From an uncultured Clostridium sp. (GTDB lineage: Bacteria > Bacillota > Clostridia > Oscillospirales > Butyricicoccaceae): a stretch of 64,000 nt of DNA. The position numbers were made by a program, and so were the translations under genes. The DNA lies in NCBI GenBank assembly GCA_947427035.1, contig CANEGK010000005.1, positions 1-64,000 on the forward strand, given 5' to 3'. How positions within the stretch are numbered: position 1 is the first letter of the stretch; each line of letters opens with the position of its first letter. Shown piece by piece: positions 47,980-57,287 of this stretch. The notes beneath the pieces are model-generated. The model ran no database searches. It was not told the DNA's origin and was given only the letters and a program-made list of their open reading frames with translations.

Positions 47980-48543
47980 CTACCACAGCCGGCCCTCCCC
48001 CAGCTCCAAAACGAGATCCGTATTTTCAAAATCAGCCCGGTGCGCCTGCGCCCTGTCTGAAAAGAGCCGAATCATGGTTTCCAGCTGAAAAGCGTCGCTC
48101 CGCAGCGGCTTTTCCTTTGTTCCCCCTACAAGGCAGACGTTTTTTGCCCGCTCCCAGCCGGCCCGCGCATAAAGAGGTACTCTGCCCTCTTCACAGGTAA
48201 AAATGCTGATATCAGGCTCTTGCGCGGCCATAAAATGCGCGGCCCGCCTGATCAACTGTGAAGCGAGTCCCTGCCGGCGATGATCGGGGTGGGTTACCAC
48301 TTCGCTGAGCCCATAGGCGCTGTATTCCCGCCCCCGGTGCCGCAGCCGGCTTTTTCGCACTGCCACATGGCAGACGGCCAGACTGCCCTCCAACAGAACA
48401 AAGGATGACATATATGTATCGGGGGCAGACGGAAAAGGCTCTTCCGCGCCGCTCCATTCCAGGCTTTCCAGAGCCTGTATTTTTTCTTGAATCCATGGGC
48501 CGCAGTCTCCCTGCGGATATTGTACCAGCGTCAAATGTTCCAT
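47980..48543 (-). CDS. GNAT-family N-acetyltransferase
   Basis: The acetyl-CoA-binding motif HRRQGLASQLI. Confidence 0.65.
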   Translation of the reverse strand: MEHLTLVQYPQGDCGPWIQEKIQALESLEWSGAEEPFPSAPDTYMSSFVLLEGSLAVCHVAVRKSRLRHRGREYSAYGLSEVVTHPDHRRQGLASQLIRRAAHFMAAQEPDISIFTCEEGRVPLYARAGWERAKNVCLVGGTKEKPLRSDAFQLETMIRLFSDRAQAHRADFENTDLVLELGEGRLW

Positions 48544-48557
48544 TCCGTTTCCTGCCG

Positions 48558-49253
48558 TCAGCCCAGCAGCCGCATACAGATGGGCGCGGCGACTACGGTG
48601 ACCAGCCCGCAGACGGCGACGGCTGCCGAGCTCATCGCCCCCTCGACCTCGCCCATTTCCAACGCTTTGGCCGTGCCGACGGCGTGGCTGGATGCGCCGA
48701 TGGCCAGCCCTTTGGCCACAGGGTCGGTGATCTTAAAGAACCGGCACACCGGCCCCGCCGTCAGGTTGCCGCACAGACCGGTCAGAATGATGACGGCGAC
48801 CGTCACGGCGGGAATGCCGCCCAGCTCTTCCGAAATGCCGATGCCGACGGCCGTGGTCACCGATTTGGGCAGCAGCGTCGCCGTCTGCTGCGCGTCGAGC
48901 CGAAAAATCAGCGACAGCAGCAGGATGCACGCCGCGCTCGACAGCACGCCGACGGCGACGCCCACGGCGGCGGCGAGGGCGTTTTTGCGCAAAATCTCGA
49001 TCTGCCGGTACAGCGGCAGCGCCAGGCAAACGGTCGCCGGCGTCAAAAGCCAGCTGACGGGCTGCGCGCCCGCCTGATAAACCCCGCAGTCTATATCCAG
49101 CAAAAACAAAACGGCCATGACCAGCAGCACGGCGATGAGCAGCGGGTTTGCAGCGTCGCGCCCCGTTCTGCGCCGCACGGCCTGCCCTGCGGCAAAGGCC
49201 CCTATGGTCAGCAATGTGGCAAAACAGGCCGAGCTTTGCAGCATCTCTTTCAT
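48558..49253 (-). CDS. lrgB: LrgB-family membrane protein (antiholin-like / CidB-LrgB)
   Basis: A 231-aa polytopic protein of the LrgB family. It overlaps the lrgA stop (ATGA). Confidence 0.85.
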   Translation of the reverse strand: MKEMLQSSACFATLLTIGAFAAGQAVRRRTGRDAANPLLIAVLLVMAVLFLLDIDCGVYQAGAQPVSWLLTPATVCLALPLYRQIEILRKNALAAAVGVAVGVLSSAACILLLSLIFRLDAQQTATLLPKSVTTAVGIGISEELGGIPAVTVAVIILTGLCGNLTAGPVCRFFKITDPVAKGLAIGASSHAVGTAKALEMGEVEGAMSSAAVAVCGLVTVVAAPICMRLLG

Positions 49254-49609
49254 TCCCCGTCTCTCCCCCGGCGTTTTCTGATCTTCTGCACGCTGACGCC
49301 CGTTGCGGCCATGACGACCACGGTGATCGGGACAATGGCGACGGCAAGCGGCGCCAGCATCCGCCGCGCGTCGGCCCATACCGAAATCAGTCCCACCGCC
49401 GCCGGAATAAACAGCATGGTCATGATATTGAGCAAAAATCCGGCGGCCCGCGCGATGTTTTTTTCCTTTACAATGCCGGTCAGCAGCAGCACAAGCAGCA
49501 GGCACAGCGCGTAAATACTGGCCGGCACCGGCAGCGGCAGCAGCCAGTGCAGCAGTTCGCCCGCCAGGCAGACGGCCAGAATAATTCCAAACTCATAGAC
49601 AAGGCTCAT
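49250..49609 (-). CDS. lrgA: LrgA/CidA-family holin-like protein
   Basis: A 119-aa protein with 4 TM helices. AGGAGGGG RBS. Confidence 0.85.
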   Translation of the reverse strand: MSLVYEFGIILAVCLAGELLHWLLPLPVPASIYALCLLLVLLLTGIVKEKNIARAAGFLLNIMTMLFIPAAVGLISVWADARRMLAPLAVAIVPITVVVMAATGVSVQKIRKRRGRDGE

Positions 49610-49713
49610 GCCCTTTCCCCTCCTGTCAAAGACGCCATTATTGTAACACGTCCGGCGGCAGGGGAGCAAGGGCAGGGCAGAAAAAAAGACGGCTTTCGCC
49701 GCCTTTTTGCGGG

Positions 49714-50295
49714 TTAACCCGCCTTTTTTTCGCCCATAATGCGCAGGGCCAGCTTGTCGTTGGCCTTTTCAATGGCGTAGACGGTGCCGTCCTTGATCCA
49801 CTGGGGTCGGTTGTCCGCCGTGTCTGCACCTTCCGGCGTCTTGGGCTCGCCAAACTCGTCGGTCAGCGCTTTGTTCCAGCGCTCTTCATCGACATCGGGC
49901 AACTCGGCGTCCGCCGAAACAATATTGCCCTGTTCGTCCAGCGCGACATGAACCGGCATTTCCTCGCCGAAAATTTTCATGGTGTAGCGCCGGCCGGTCG
50001 TGATTGCATTTTCAACGACGGCCTCGCCCTCGCCAAACGCTTTGACCAGTTCGTCGTCCGCCTTGCCAATCAGGCCGCGCAGCGTGCCCATGTGGTCTTC
50101 CGCCGTCGAACCGCTGCCGCCGGGCGTGTTTGTGTCGCCCGGTGTGTTGTTGTCGCTGTTCCCCGGCTGGTTGTTGCCCGGCGTGCCATTTCCGCCTGTA
50201 TTCGGCTCTTTGTCGTCCGTTCGATTGCAGCCGCCCGCAAACAGCAGCAGCAACACAACAGACAGCGCCAGACACAGGGTTGTCTTTTTCTTCAT
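49714..50295 (-). CDS. lipoprotein of unknown function with low-complexity N/G/P/T-rich linker
   Basis: A signal peptide with lipobox FAGGC. GGAGGG RBS. Confidence 0.55.
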   Translation of the reverse strand: MKKKTTLCLALSVVLLLLFAGGCNRTDDKEPNTGGNGTPGNNQPGNSDNNTPGDTNTPGGSGSTAEDHMGTLRGLIGKADDELVKAFGEGEAVVENAITTGRRYTMKIFGEEMPVHVALDEQGNIVSADAELPDVDEERWNKALTDEFGEPKTPEGADTADNRPQWIKDGTVYAIEKANDKLALRIMGEKKAG

Positions 50296-50412
50296 CAGGG
50301 ATCCCTCCGTAACTGAAATAATGGTGTTCCCGCACTTATTTTTTTCAGCTTCCGGCCTCTTTATCCCTGGCAAAAACAGCGAATTGCATTTTTGTAATTC
50401 GTTGTTTTTTGT

Positions 50413-51666
50413 TTATCGCTGTTGCAGCATTCCCTGCGCCGCCGTCAAAATGCCCAGCTTGCCCGCTTCATAGGTCAGGCCGCCCTGAAGATAGGCGATG
50501 TAAGGCGGGCGCATGGGCGCGTCGCATGACAGCTCGATGGACGCGCCCTGTACAAAAGCGCCCGCCGCCATGACGACCGGGCAGTCATAGCCCGGCATGT
50601 CCCACGGCTCGGGCGTCACATACGCGTCGACCGGCGCGCCGGCCTGAATGCCGCGGCAAAAGGCCAGCAGCGGCTCGGGCGCGCCGAAACGGATGGTCTG
50701 GATGATGTCGCAGCGCTCCTCATCCCAGCGCGGGGATACGTCGCAGCCCAGCTCTTCGAGCAGCGCGGCGCAGAACACCGCTGTTTTGAGCGACTGAGCC
50801 ACCGTGTGCGGCGCCATGAAAAAGCCCTGGTACATCGAACGGTTGAGCCCGAAGGTGGCGCCGCATTCCCCGCCGATGCCCGGCACTGTCAGGCGATACG
50901 CCGCCTTTTCCACCAGGTCGGCGCGCCCCGCGACATATCCGCCCGAAAGCGCCAATCCGCCGCCCGGGTTTTTGATGAGCGAGCCGCAGATCAGGTCAGC
51001 GCCGCAGTGCGTCGGCTCGCTCGTCTCGCAAAACTCGCCATAGCAGTTGTCGACGATGACGGCTGCCCGCGGGTTGACCGATTTGACCAAAGCGCAGATT
51101 TCGCCGATCTCGGCGCTCGTCAGGCTTTTGCGGTCGCCGTACCCGCGCGAGCGCTGGACAAACACAGCCTTTACGCCGCTCTTCTGCGCCGCTTCGCGAA
51201 TGGCAGGCAGGTCGGGCGCGCCGCCTGAAAGCGGCACCTCCCGGTAGCCGATGCCATAGTCGGCAAAGGTGCCGCCCAGCGCGCCGCGCGCGCCGGCAAC
51301 GGTGCGCAGCGTGTCGTATACGCTGCCGGTCGCCGAAAGCAGCGTATCCCCCGTTTTGACGGCGGCGAACATGCCGCACGCGATGGCGTGCGTCCCGTTG
51401 ACAAAGCTGTGTCGCACCAGCGCTTTTTCACAGCCGAACACATCGGCGTAAATCTCTTCCAGCCGGTCGCGTCCGACGTCGTCGTAACCGTAACCCGTCG
51501 TGCCGGCAAAGCAGCCGTCGGCCACGCGATGTTTGGCAAAGGCGGCCAGGACGCGCGCCGTACACTGCTGCGAAACGGCGTCGATGGCGTCAAAGCGCTG
51601 CCGCGCCTTTTGCTCGGCCTTGTCGGCCAGCGCCCGCAGCTCGGGGGAAAAGCAAAAATCCTGCAT
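50413..51666 (-). CDS. PLP-dependent Cys/Met-metabolism family protein (methionine gamma-lyase family, YnbB-like)
   Basis: The fold-type I PLP enzyme family often annotated as aluminium-resistance protein. AAGGAG RBS. Confidence 0.65.
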   Translation of the reverse strand: MQDFCFSPELRALADKAEQKARQRFDAIDAVSQQCTARVLAAFAKHRVADGCFAGTTGYGYDDVGRDRLEEIYADVFGCEKALVRHSFVNGTHAIACGMFAAVKTGDTLLSATGSVYDTLRTVAGARGALGGTFADYGIGYREVPLSGGAPDLPAIREAAQKSGVKAVFVQRSRGYGDRKSLTSAEIGEICALVKSVNPRAAVIVDNCYGEFCETSEPTHCGADLICGSLIKNPGGGLALSGGYVAGRADLVEKAAYRLTVPGIGGECGATFGLNRSMYQGFFMAPHTVAQSLKTAVFCAALLEELGCDVSPRWDEERCDIIQTIRFGAPEPLLAFCRGIQAGAPVDAYVTPEPWDMPGYDCPVVMAAGAFVQGASIELSCDAPMRPPYIAYLQGGLTYEAGKLGILTAAQGMLQQR

Positions 51667-51687
51667 GGCAAAAACTCCTTAAAAAAG

Positions 51688-51720
51688 CTTTTCCGGCGGC
51701 ACAGCACCGCCGGAAAAGCC
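51688..51720 (-). terminator. Rho-independent terminator after the M42 peptidase triplet
   Basis: cttttccggcggtgctgtgccgccggaaaag followed by CTTTTTT on the minus strand. Confidence 0.65.
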
Positions 51721-51747
51721 GGTATTTGTTCAAACGGAACCTGTCTT

Positions 51748-52767
51748 TTACAGCTCGCTGAGCGCGCACTGCGCCAGCAGGCGGGCTGCCTCTTCCACGT
51801 CTTTTTTATTGATAATTTCACAGGGGGAGTGGATGTGGCGGGTGGGAATGCTGATGCAGCCGGAGTACACGCCGCCGCGGGTGCGCTGCATGGCGCCGCT
51901 GTCGGTGCCGCCGGCCAGCAGGATTTCGTCCTGGTATTTGACGCCGATTTCGTCAGCCGCCGCACGCATGTGCTTGACAGCCTGCGGGTTGCAGATGAGC
52001 GAGCCGTCCTTGATCTTGATGGTCGGCCCCTCGCCCACCTTGACGGCCATTTTCACGGTGGTCGACGGCGTATCGCCCGTCGAGCACACATCGACGGCAA
52101 TGCCCATGTACGGGTCGATGTGGTAAGCCGCCGTCATCGCGCCGCGCAGACCGACCTCTTCCTGCGTGGAAAAGACAAAGTACAAATCATTTTTGCTCTT
52201 TTTGTCTTTGAGGTTTTCCATGGCCAGCAGCAAAACGACGCAGCTGATGAGATCGTCGGCATACGGGGTCATGACGTTGCCGCCCGCCAGCTCGACGGTC
52301 GGGGAGTTGAAGACGGCGACGTCGCCGATTTTGACCAGCTTTTCGGCCTCTGCCTGATCCTTTGCGCCGATATCAATGTACAAATCGCTGATTTTGATGG
52401 CAGTAATCGCTTTGCTCAGGTTATCGCTCTGCTTTTCCAGACGGATGCAGCCGTTGACGCCGCTTTCAAAGCGCACGGGCACGCCGACCAGCGTGGCGGG
52501 CATATGGCCGCCGATGCCCTCGAAGCGGATAAAGCCGCCCTCTTCGATATAGGTGGCCATAAAGCCGATGGTGTCCATATGCGCCGGCATCATCAGGCGC
52601 TTGCCCTCGCCCTTTTTGTGGCAGATGACGTTGCCCAGCGCGTCGGTGTAAACCTCGTCGACAAAGGGGCGGGCCAGTTCGGCGAGAACCTCGCCCACGT
52701 TCTTTTCAAAGCCGGACGGCAGGGCCGCGGCGACCAGTTTTTTCTGTGTTTCGACGATATTAATCAT
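51748..52767 (-). CDS. M42-family aminopeptidase (TET/FrvX/CelM-like), paralog 1
   Basis: The start was re-placed at MINIVETQKK. The metal-binding motifs HMDTIGF, D...EEVG and a C-terminal H are present. Confidence 0.85.
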   Translation of the reverse strand: MINIVETQKKLVAAALPSGFEKNVGEVLAELARPFVDEVYTDALGNVICHKKGEGKRLMMPAHMDTIGFMATYIEEGGFIRFEGIGGHMPATLVGVPVRFESGVNGCIRLEKQSDNLSKAITAIKISDLYIDIGAKDQAEAEKLVKIGDVAVFNSPTVELAGGNVMTPYADDLISCVVLLLAMENLKDKKSKNDLYFVFSTQEEVGLRGAMTAAYHIDPYMGIAVDVCSTGDTPSTTVKMAVKVGEGPTIKIKDGSLICNPQAVKHMRAAADEIGVKYQDEILLAGGTDSGAMQRTRGGVYSGCISIPTRHIHSPCEIINKKDVEEAARLLAQCALSEL

Positions 52768-53785
52768 GATTCTCCCCCGTTTCCTGAATAAAAATACGCG
52801 CCATTTTTTCGACTTCTTCCACGTCGGGCAGGTGGACCATGTTGCAGGCGCAGTGAATGTAGCGGGTCGGCGCCGCCAGGCCGAAGGCCAGGCAGCCGGC
52901 GTTGGCCTTGTGGATGCTGCCGGCGTCGGTGCCGCCGTTGGCGCTTTTGCGGTACTGCCAGCGCACGCCCTGCCGGTCGGCTTCGGCCGTGATGCGGCGG
53001 TACAGCTCGCGGTTATAAACGGTGCCCTTGTCCATGATGGAGACAACGGCGCCCTCGCGCTGGCTGGTCGAGCGGCAGTGCTTGGGCACATCGGGCATGT
53101 CGGCCGCCGTCGTTCCTTCGACGATGCAGCAGGCGGCGGCGTTGAGGCGCTGCGCAGCGACGATGCTGCCGCGGCCGACCTCTTCGCCCACTGAAAAGAC
53201 AAAGTGCGTGTCATAGGGCAAATCGCTTTCGATCAGCTTGATGAGCACGGCGCAGCCCACACGGTCGTCGATGGCTTTTCCCTTGACGCAGCGGTCGCCC
53301 ATCTCGTAAAAAGCGCTGTCAAAAAAGGCGGGGTCGCCGATTTGTACCAGCTTTTCCACTTCGGCCTTGCTCTGCGCGCCGATATCGATGTAAAGCTGAT
53401 GCAGCCCGGGGGCGGTTTTGCGCTCCTCCGGCGTTGTCAGGTGAATGGCCTTGAGCGAGATGACGCCCGGCACCTTCTGCGGGCCGACCTTCATCCGCCG
53501 GCCGATCAAAACGCGCGGATCGATGCCGCCGGCCGCCGCCAGGCGGATCATGCCGTCGTCGGTGATGCCGCGGACCAGAAAGCCGACTTCATCCATGTGC
53601 GCGCACAGCAAAACGGGACGCTCGCGCTTTTTGGCGCCCTGCTTGAAGACAATGAGATTGCCCAGCGGGTCGACCGTCATTTCGCTGACATGGGGGGCGA
53701 TTCTCTTTTCGATGGCCTTGCGGACCTCTTCTTCATAGCCCGCCACGCCGTCGAGCGTACACAGCTCCTTCAAAAGCTCTTTCAT
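52760..53785 (-). CDS. M42-family aminopeptidase, paralog 2
   Basis: The motifs HMDEVGF and SVGEEVG. It overlaps paralog 1 by 8 bp. Confidence 0.85.
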   Translation of the reverse strand: MKELLKELCTLDGVAGYEEEVRKAIEKRIAPHVSEMTVDPLGNLIVFKQGAKKRERPVLLCAHMDEVGFLVRGITDDGMIRLAAAGGIDPRVLIGRRMKVGPQKVPGVISLKAIHLTTPEERKTAPGLHQLYIDIGAQSKAEVEKLVQIGDPAFFDSAFYEMGDRCVKGKAIDDRVGCAVLIKLIESDLPYDTHFVFSVGEEVGRGSIVAAQRLNAAACCIVEGTTAADMPDVPKHCRSTSQREGAVVSIMDKGTVYNRELYRRITAEADRQGVRWQYRKSANGGTDAGSIHKANAGCLAFGLAAPTRYIHCACNMVHLPDVEEVEKMARIFIQETGENHD

Positions 53786-54831
53786 AACTGCCCCTCCTTC
53801 AAATCTTCGACAAAGGCGGCCAGCAGCGCGCCGACATTTTTCACATCGCTCATGCGCAGCATTTCAACCGGCGAGTGCATGTATTTGAGCGGCAGCGAGA
53901 CGACCAGCGTCGTCACTCCCTCGGCAACGATCTGAATGATCCAGGCGTTGGTGCCGGTGTGCGCGGGCGCGGCGTCCACCTGGTAGGGGATGCGCTTGGC
54001 GCGCGCGACTTCCATCATGCGCCGCGCATAATGCGGGTTAGAGTTGATGCCCACGGTGACGACGGCGCCGCCGCCAAACTCGTGAACGCTGTCGCCCGGG
54101 CCGGCGTCCGGCGTTTTTGCGTGGCAGACGTCAATGGCGATGGCGAGATCGGGCTTTTCGTACCAGGCGCGGGTCTGCGCGCCGTGGCCGCCCATCTCTT
54201 CCTTGGTCGTGCCGGTGATGATGAGATCGACGGCCAGCGGCTTGTCCTTCAGCAGCTCGAGCGCGTGCAGAATGCAGACAAAGCAGGCGCGGTCGTCCAT
54301 CGCTTTGCCGCAGACAACGTCGCCCAGCAAATCCATGGCGTCGTTGGCAAAGGCCATGTAGTCGCCGACGCGGACCTCTTTTTTGGCCTGCTCGCCCGTC
54401 ATGCCCAAATCGACGACCATTTTGTCAATGGGCACCGATTTTTTGTTGTCGCCGGGGTTTTGCAGGTGCGGCGGCATGGCGGCGACGATGCCCGGCAGAC
54501 GCTTGCCCGTTTGGGTCAGCACCGTCAGCTCGCTGCCCAGCAGCATCCGCTGGTCGACGCCCATTCCCATAAAGCGCAGGAAGCCCTCGTCGGTCACCTC
54601 TGTCACAAAGAAGCCGATCTGGTCAATATGCGCGTCCAGCATCACCTTTTTCGCGCCGGGAATGCCGCAGCGGCGGATGCCGGTGACATTGCCGAAACCG
54701 TCGACGTCAACCTCGTCGACATACGGGCGCAGCAGCTCGGCCGCAATGGCGCTCACTTCATACTCATTGCCGGAAACGCCGTATGCATTGACGAGCTTTT
54801 TCAGTTTGTCCCGAAGTTCCAATGACAACAC
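53782..54831 (-). CDS. M42-family aminopeptidase, paralog 3
   Basis: The motifs DAHIDQIGF and TKEEMGGHGA. It overlaps paralog 2 by 4 bp. Confidence 0.85.
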   Translation of the reverse strand: MLSLELRDKLKKLVNAYGVSGNEYEVSAIAAELLRPYVDEVDVDGFGNVTGIRRCGIPGAKKVMLDAHIDQIGFFVTEVTDEGFLRFMGMGVDQRMLLGSELTVLTQTGKRLPGIVAAMPPHLQNPGDNKKSVPIDKMVVDLGMTGEQAKKEVRVGDYMAFANDAMDLLGDVVCGKAMDDRACFVCILHALELLKDKPLAVDLIITGTTKEEMGGHGAQTRAWYEKPDLAIAIDVCHAKTPDAGPGDSVHEFGGGAVVTVGINSNPHYARRMMEVARAKRIPYQVDAAPAHTGTNAWIIQIVAEGVTTLVVSLPLKYMHSPVEMLRMSDVKNVGALLAAFVEDLKEGQL

Positions 54832-54879
54832 CTCTCTATCTTACTTGATTCTCTTTATAAGCAGGGCAAACGCCCTTTC

Positions 54880-56274
54880 TTATCGTTTTTCTTCTCCGCC
54901 GGGCAGCGCGCGCACCAGTTCTTTAAAGCGTTCGCCGCGCTTCATGAAGTTGGGGAACTGATCAAAGGACGCGCACGCAGGTGAAAAGAGCACCGTGTCG
55001 CCCGGTTTGGCCAGCGCATACGCCTTCTGCACGGTATCCTCCAGGTTTTCCAGCCGGAAAATGCGGGGCTTTCTCTCCCCTGCGGCCGCCCGAACGGCCG
55101 CTTCGATTTTATCGGCCGTCGCGCCGCACAGCAGAAGGGTGTCAACGCGCGCGCAGATCTCGCGCCCCAGCTCGTCAAAAGGAATATGCTTGTCGTAGCC
55201 GCCCGCGATGAGGACAATCGGGCCGCCAAAGCACCTGAGCCCCGCGATGGCGCGGGTTGGGCTGGATGCGATGGAATCATTATACCACGCCGCGCCGCCG
55301 ATTGCACGCACTAGTTCCAGCCTGTGCTCGACGCCCGCAAACTCGCGCGCGACCTTCTGCATGACGGCGGGCGGCGCCAGCCCCGCGACTGCGGCGCAGG
55401 CCGCCATGTAATTTTCCACGTTATGCTCGCCGGGAATGCGGATGTCCTCTTTGCGCATCAGTTCCCCGCCGTCGTACACGATGCGGCCGTTTTCCAGCCA
55501 CACGCCGTGAACCGGCCGGTCAAGCCGGGAAAAAAAGCGCACTTCTGCCCCGCTTTCGGCGGCAAACGAACGGGTGATGTCGTTGTCCAGGTTTAAAACG
55601 AGCACATCCTCCGGGCTTTGAAAACGGAAGATGCGGCGCTTGGCGTCAATGTACTCCTCCATATCGCGGTGTACGTCAAGATGGTTGGGGGCCAGATTGG
55701 TGACGACGGCGATGTGCGGGCTCTGCCGCATACTCATCAGCTGAAAGGAAGAGAGCTCGAGCACACAGATATCCCCGGGCGACATTTCGCCCGTTTTGTC
55801 GAGCAGCGGCGTGCCGATATTGCCGCCCAGCCAGACGGTCCGCCCGGCCCCGCGCAGCATTTCGGCGATGAGCGTCGTCGTCGTCGTTTTGCCGTCCGAA
55901 CCGGTGACGGCGATGATGGGGCACGGGCAGACGGAGAAAAAGACCTCCATCTCGCTCGTCACCCGGGCCCCGCGCAGCCGCGCGCGCTCCAGCGCCGGCA
56001 GGTCGGGGCGCATTCCCGGGGTACGGAATACCACTTCGGCGCCCGACAGCTCGACGCCGTCCAGGTAATCAGGCCCTGTATACAGACCGACGCCCAGTGC
56101 GCGCAGTTCGGCCGCGCGCGCACCCAATTCCTCTTCACTCTTTTTATCACAGGCCGTGACAACCGCGCCGGCCGACACCAGCAGCCGCAAAAGCGGCGTG
56201 TTGGACACGCCGATGCCCAGCACCGCGACCTTTTTGCCGCGCAGGGCGCGCAAAGCCTCTTCAAAAGCTGTCAT
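54880..56274 (-). CDS. murD: UDP-N-acetylmuramoyl-L-alanine:D-glutamate ligase
   Basis: The Mur ligase P-loop VTGSDGKTTTTTL and the N-terminal Rossmann motif VAVLGIGVSN. Confidence 0.85.
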   Translation of the reverse strand: MTAFEEALRALRGKKVAVLGIGVSNTPLLRLLVSAGAVVTACDKKSEEELGARAAELRALGVGLYTGPDYLDGVELSGAEVVFRTPGMRPDLPALERARLRGARVTSEMEVFFSVCPCPIIAVTGSDGKTTTTTLIAEMLRGAGRTVWLGGNIGTPLLDKTGEMSPGDICVLELSSFQLMSMRQSPHIAVVTNLAPNHLDVHRDMEEYIDAKRRIFRFQSPEDVLVLNLDNDITRSFAAESGAEVRFFSRLDRPVHGVWLENGRIVYDGGELMRKEDIRIPGEHNVENYMAACAAVAGLAPPAVMQKVAREFAGVEHRLELVRAIGGAAWYNDSIASSPTRAIAGLRCFGGPIVLIAGGYDKHIPFDELGREICARVDTLLLCGATADKIEAAVRAAAGERKPRIFRLENLEDTVQKAYALAKPGDTVLFSPACASFDQFPNFMKRGERFKELVRALPGGEEKR

Positions 56275-56386
56275 ACCATACCTCCCGGGCCATCCGGCCC
56301 CTGTCTGCCGTCAAATCCTATCTTTTCTATTGTATCTCAATTTCAGCTCATGTCAAAGGTTTTTCCGGCGAAAAACAGGCTTTTGG

Positions 56387-56416
56387 TTGACACTTCTGCT
56401 TCCCGGCGCGTATAAT
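56387..56416 (+). promoter_or_regulatory. promoter of rnpB (TTGACA-18-TATAAT)
   Basis: Both hexamers are perfect. The transcript start fits the RNase P RNA 5' end. Confidence 0.6.
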
Positions 56417-56422
56417 GGACAA

Positions 56423-56785
56423 GGCAAGTATGCCGAACAGCCGCCTGCGCCGGCGTAAGGCTGCGCGGGAGGAAAGTCCGGGCTTCACAGAGCAGGATAG
56501 CGGATAACGTCCGCCGAAGGCGACTTCAGGACAAGTGCAACAGAGATATACCGCCCCCGGCAATTGCCGGAGGTAAGGGTGGAAAAGCGAGGTAAGAGCT
56601 CACTGAACCCATTGGCAACAATGGGCTCCTGTAAACTCTATCCGAAGCAACATCAAGCGGGGGCTGCGCTTTGCGCAGGGCTTGCTCGGCCCGCCCCCCA
56701 AAAGGGTGGCTTGAGGCGCGCGGCGACGCGCGACCCAGACAGATGGCTGTTTTTTAACAGAACCCGGCTTACACGCATGCTTGCC
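56423..56785 (+). ncRNA. rnpB: RNase P RNA, bacterial type A
   Basis: The conserved elements GGGAGGAAAGUCCGGGCUUCACAGAGCA, GUGCAACAGAGA, GGUAAGGGUGAAA, GGUAAGAGC and the 3' ACAGAACCCGGCUUAC are present. P1 pairs GGCAAGUAUGC with GCAUGCUUGCC. Confidence 0.9.
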
Positions 56786-56792
56786 AAAAAAT

Positions 56793-56822
56793 GCCCCGAG
56801 ACGCATGTCCCGGGGCGCTTTT
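56793..56822 (+). terminator. Rho-independent terminator after rnpB
   Basis: gccccgagacgcatgtcccggggc followed by GCTTTTT. Confidence 0.75.
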
Positions 56823-56845
56823 TGACCCTCCGCTTTCGGTCGGCC

Positions 56846-57135
56846 TTAATCCGCCGTGTTTTGCAGCGCGTATTTTTCAATCAGCTCCTGCGCCAGCTCG
56901 GGCGTAGGCAGGTAGACTTCGTCGTCAATGACGAGCGTGGGCACGCCGATGGTGTGCTTTTCACGCACGGGCGCATGGGCCTGCGACGTATCGCGGATTT
57001 TCATAAACGCGCGCAGGGGCGTAATGCCCGAAGTGATGTCGATATAAACAAACTTGACCTGATTCTGGCAAAGAACCTCTTTGACCGGGCCGCAGCCCCC
57101 TCAATGCGGATTGCCGTACAGTGCTACCTTATGCA
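56846..57135 (-). CDS. glutaredoxin-like thioredoxin-fold protein with in-frame TGA at codon 12 within a U-G-G-C motif (candidate selenoprotein or pseudogene)
   Basis: An AAGGGGGAG RBS lies 4 nt before the ATG. The translation MHKVALYGNPH[TGA]GGCGPVKEVL...TIGVPTLVIDDEVY has a Grx/NrdH-like fold with a cis-Pro. A hairpin with a GGU loop and a bulged U lies 15 nt downstream of the TGA. Confidence 0.45.
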
Positions 57136-57287
57136 TAACGCTCCCCCTTTGTTATTGATTATCAAAATAAAATTTTCTTTTATTATAGTTTATTCAAATG
57201 CCTATGTCAAGCCGCTGCGCCGCCCTGCCCTGCGGCGGCAGAACACATATGCTATGCTTTCCCAAACGCTGATATTTTAAAAGGAGG

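Noticed and set aside
51388-52791. 467-aa plus-strand ORF, and the 148-aa N-terminal extension of the 51748..53214 track ORF
   Set aside because: The plus-strand ORF is antisense to the M42 peptidase genes. The minus-strand extension results from reading through the upstream paralog in another frame. The real start is MINIV at 52767.
56564-57280. 238-aa plus-strand ORF
   Set aside because: It lies across the RNase P RNA 3' half, its terminator and the Grx-like gene. It has no RBS.
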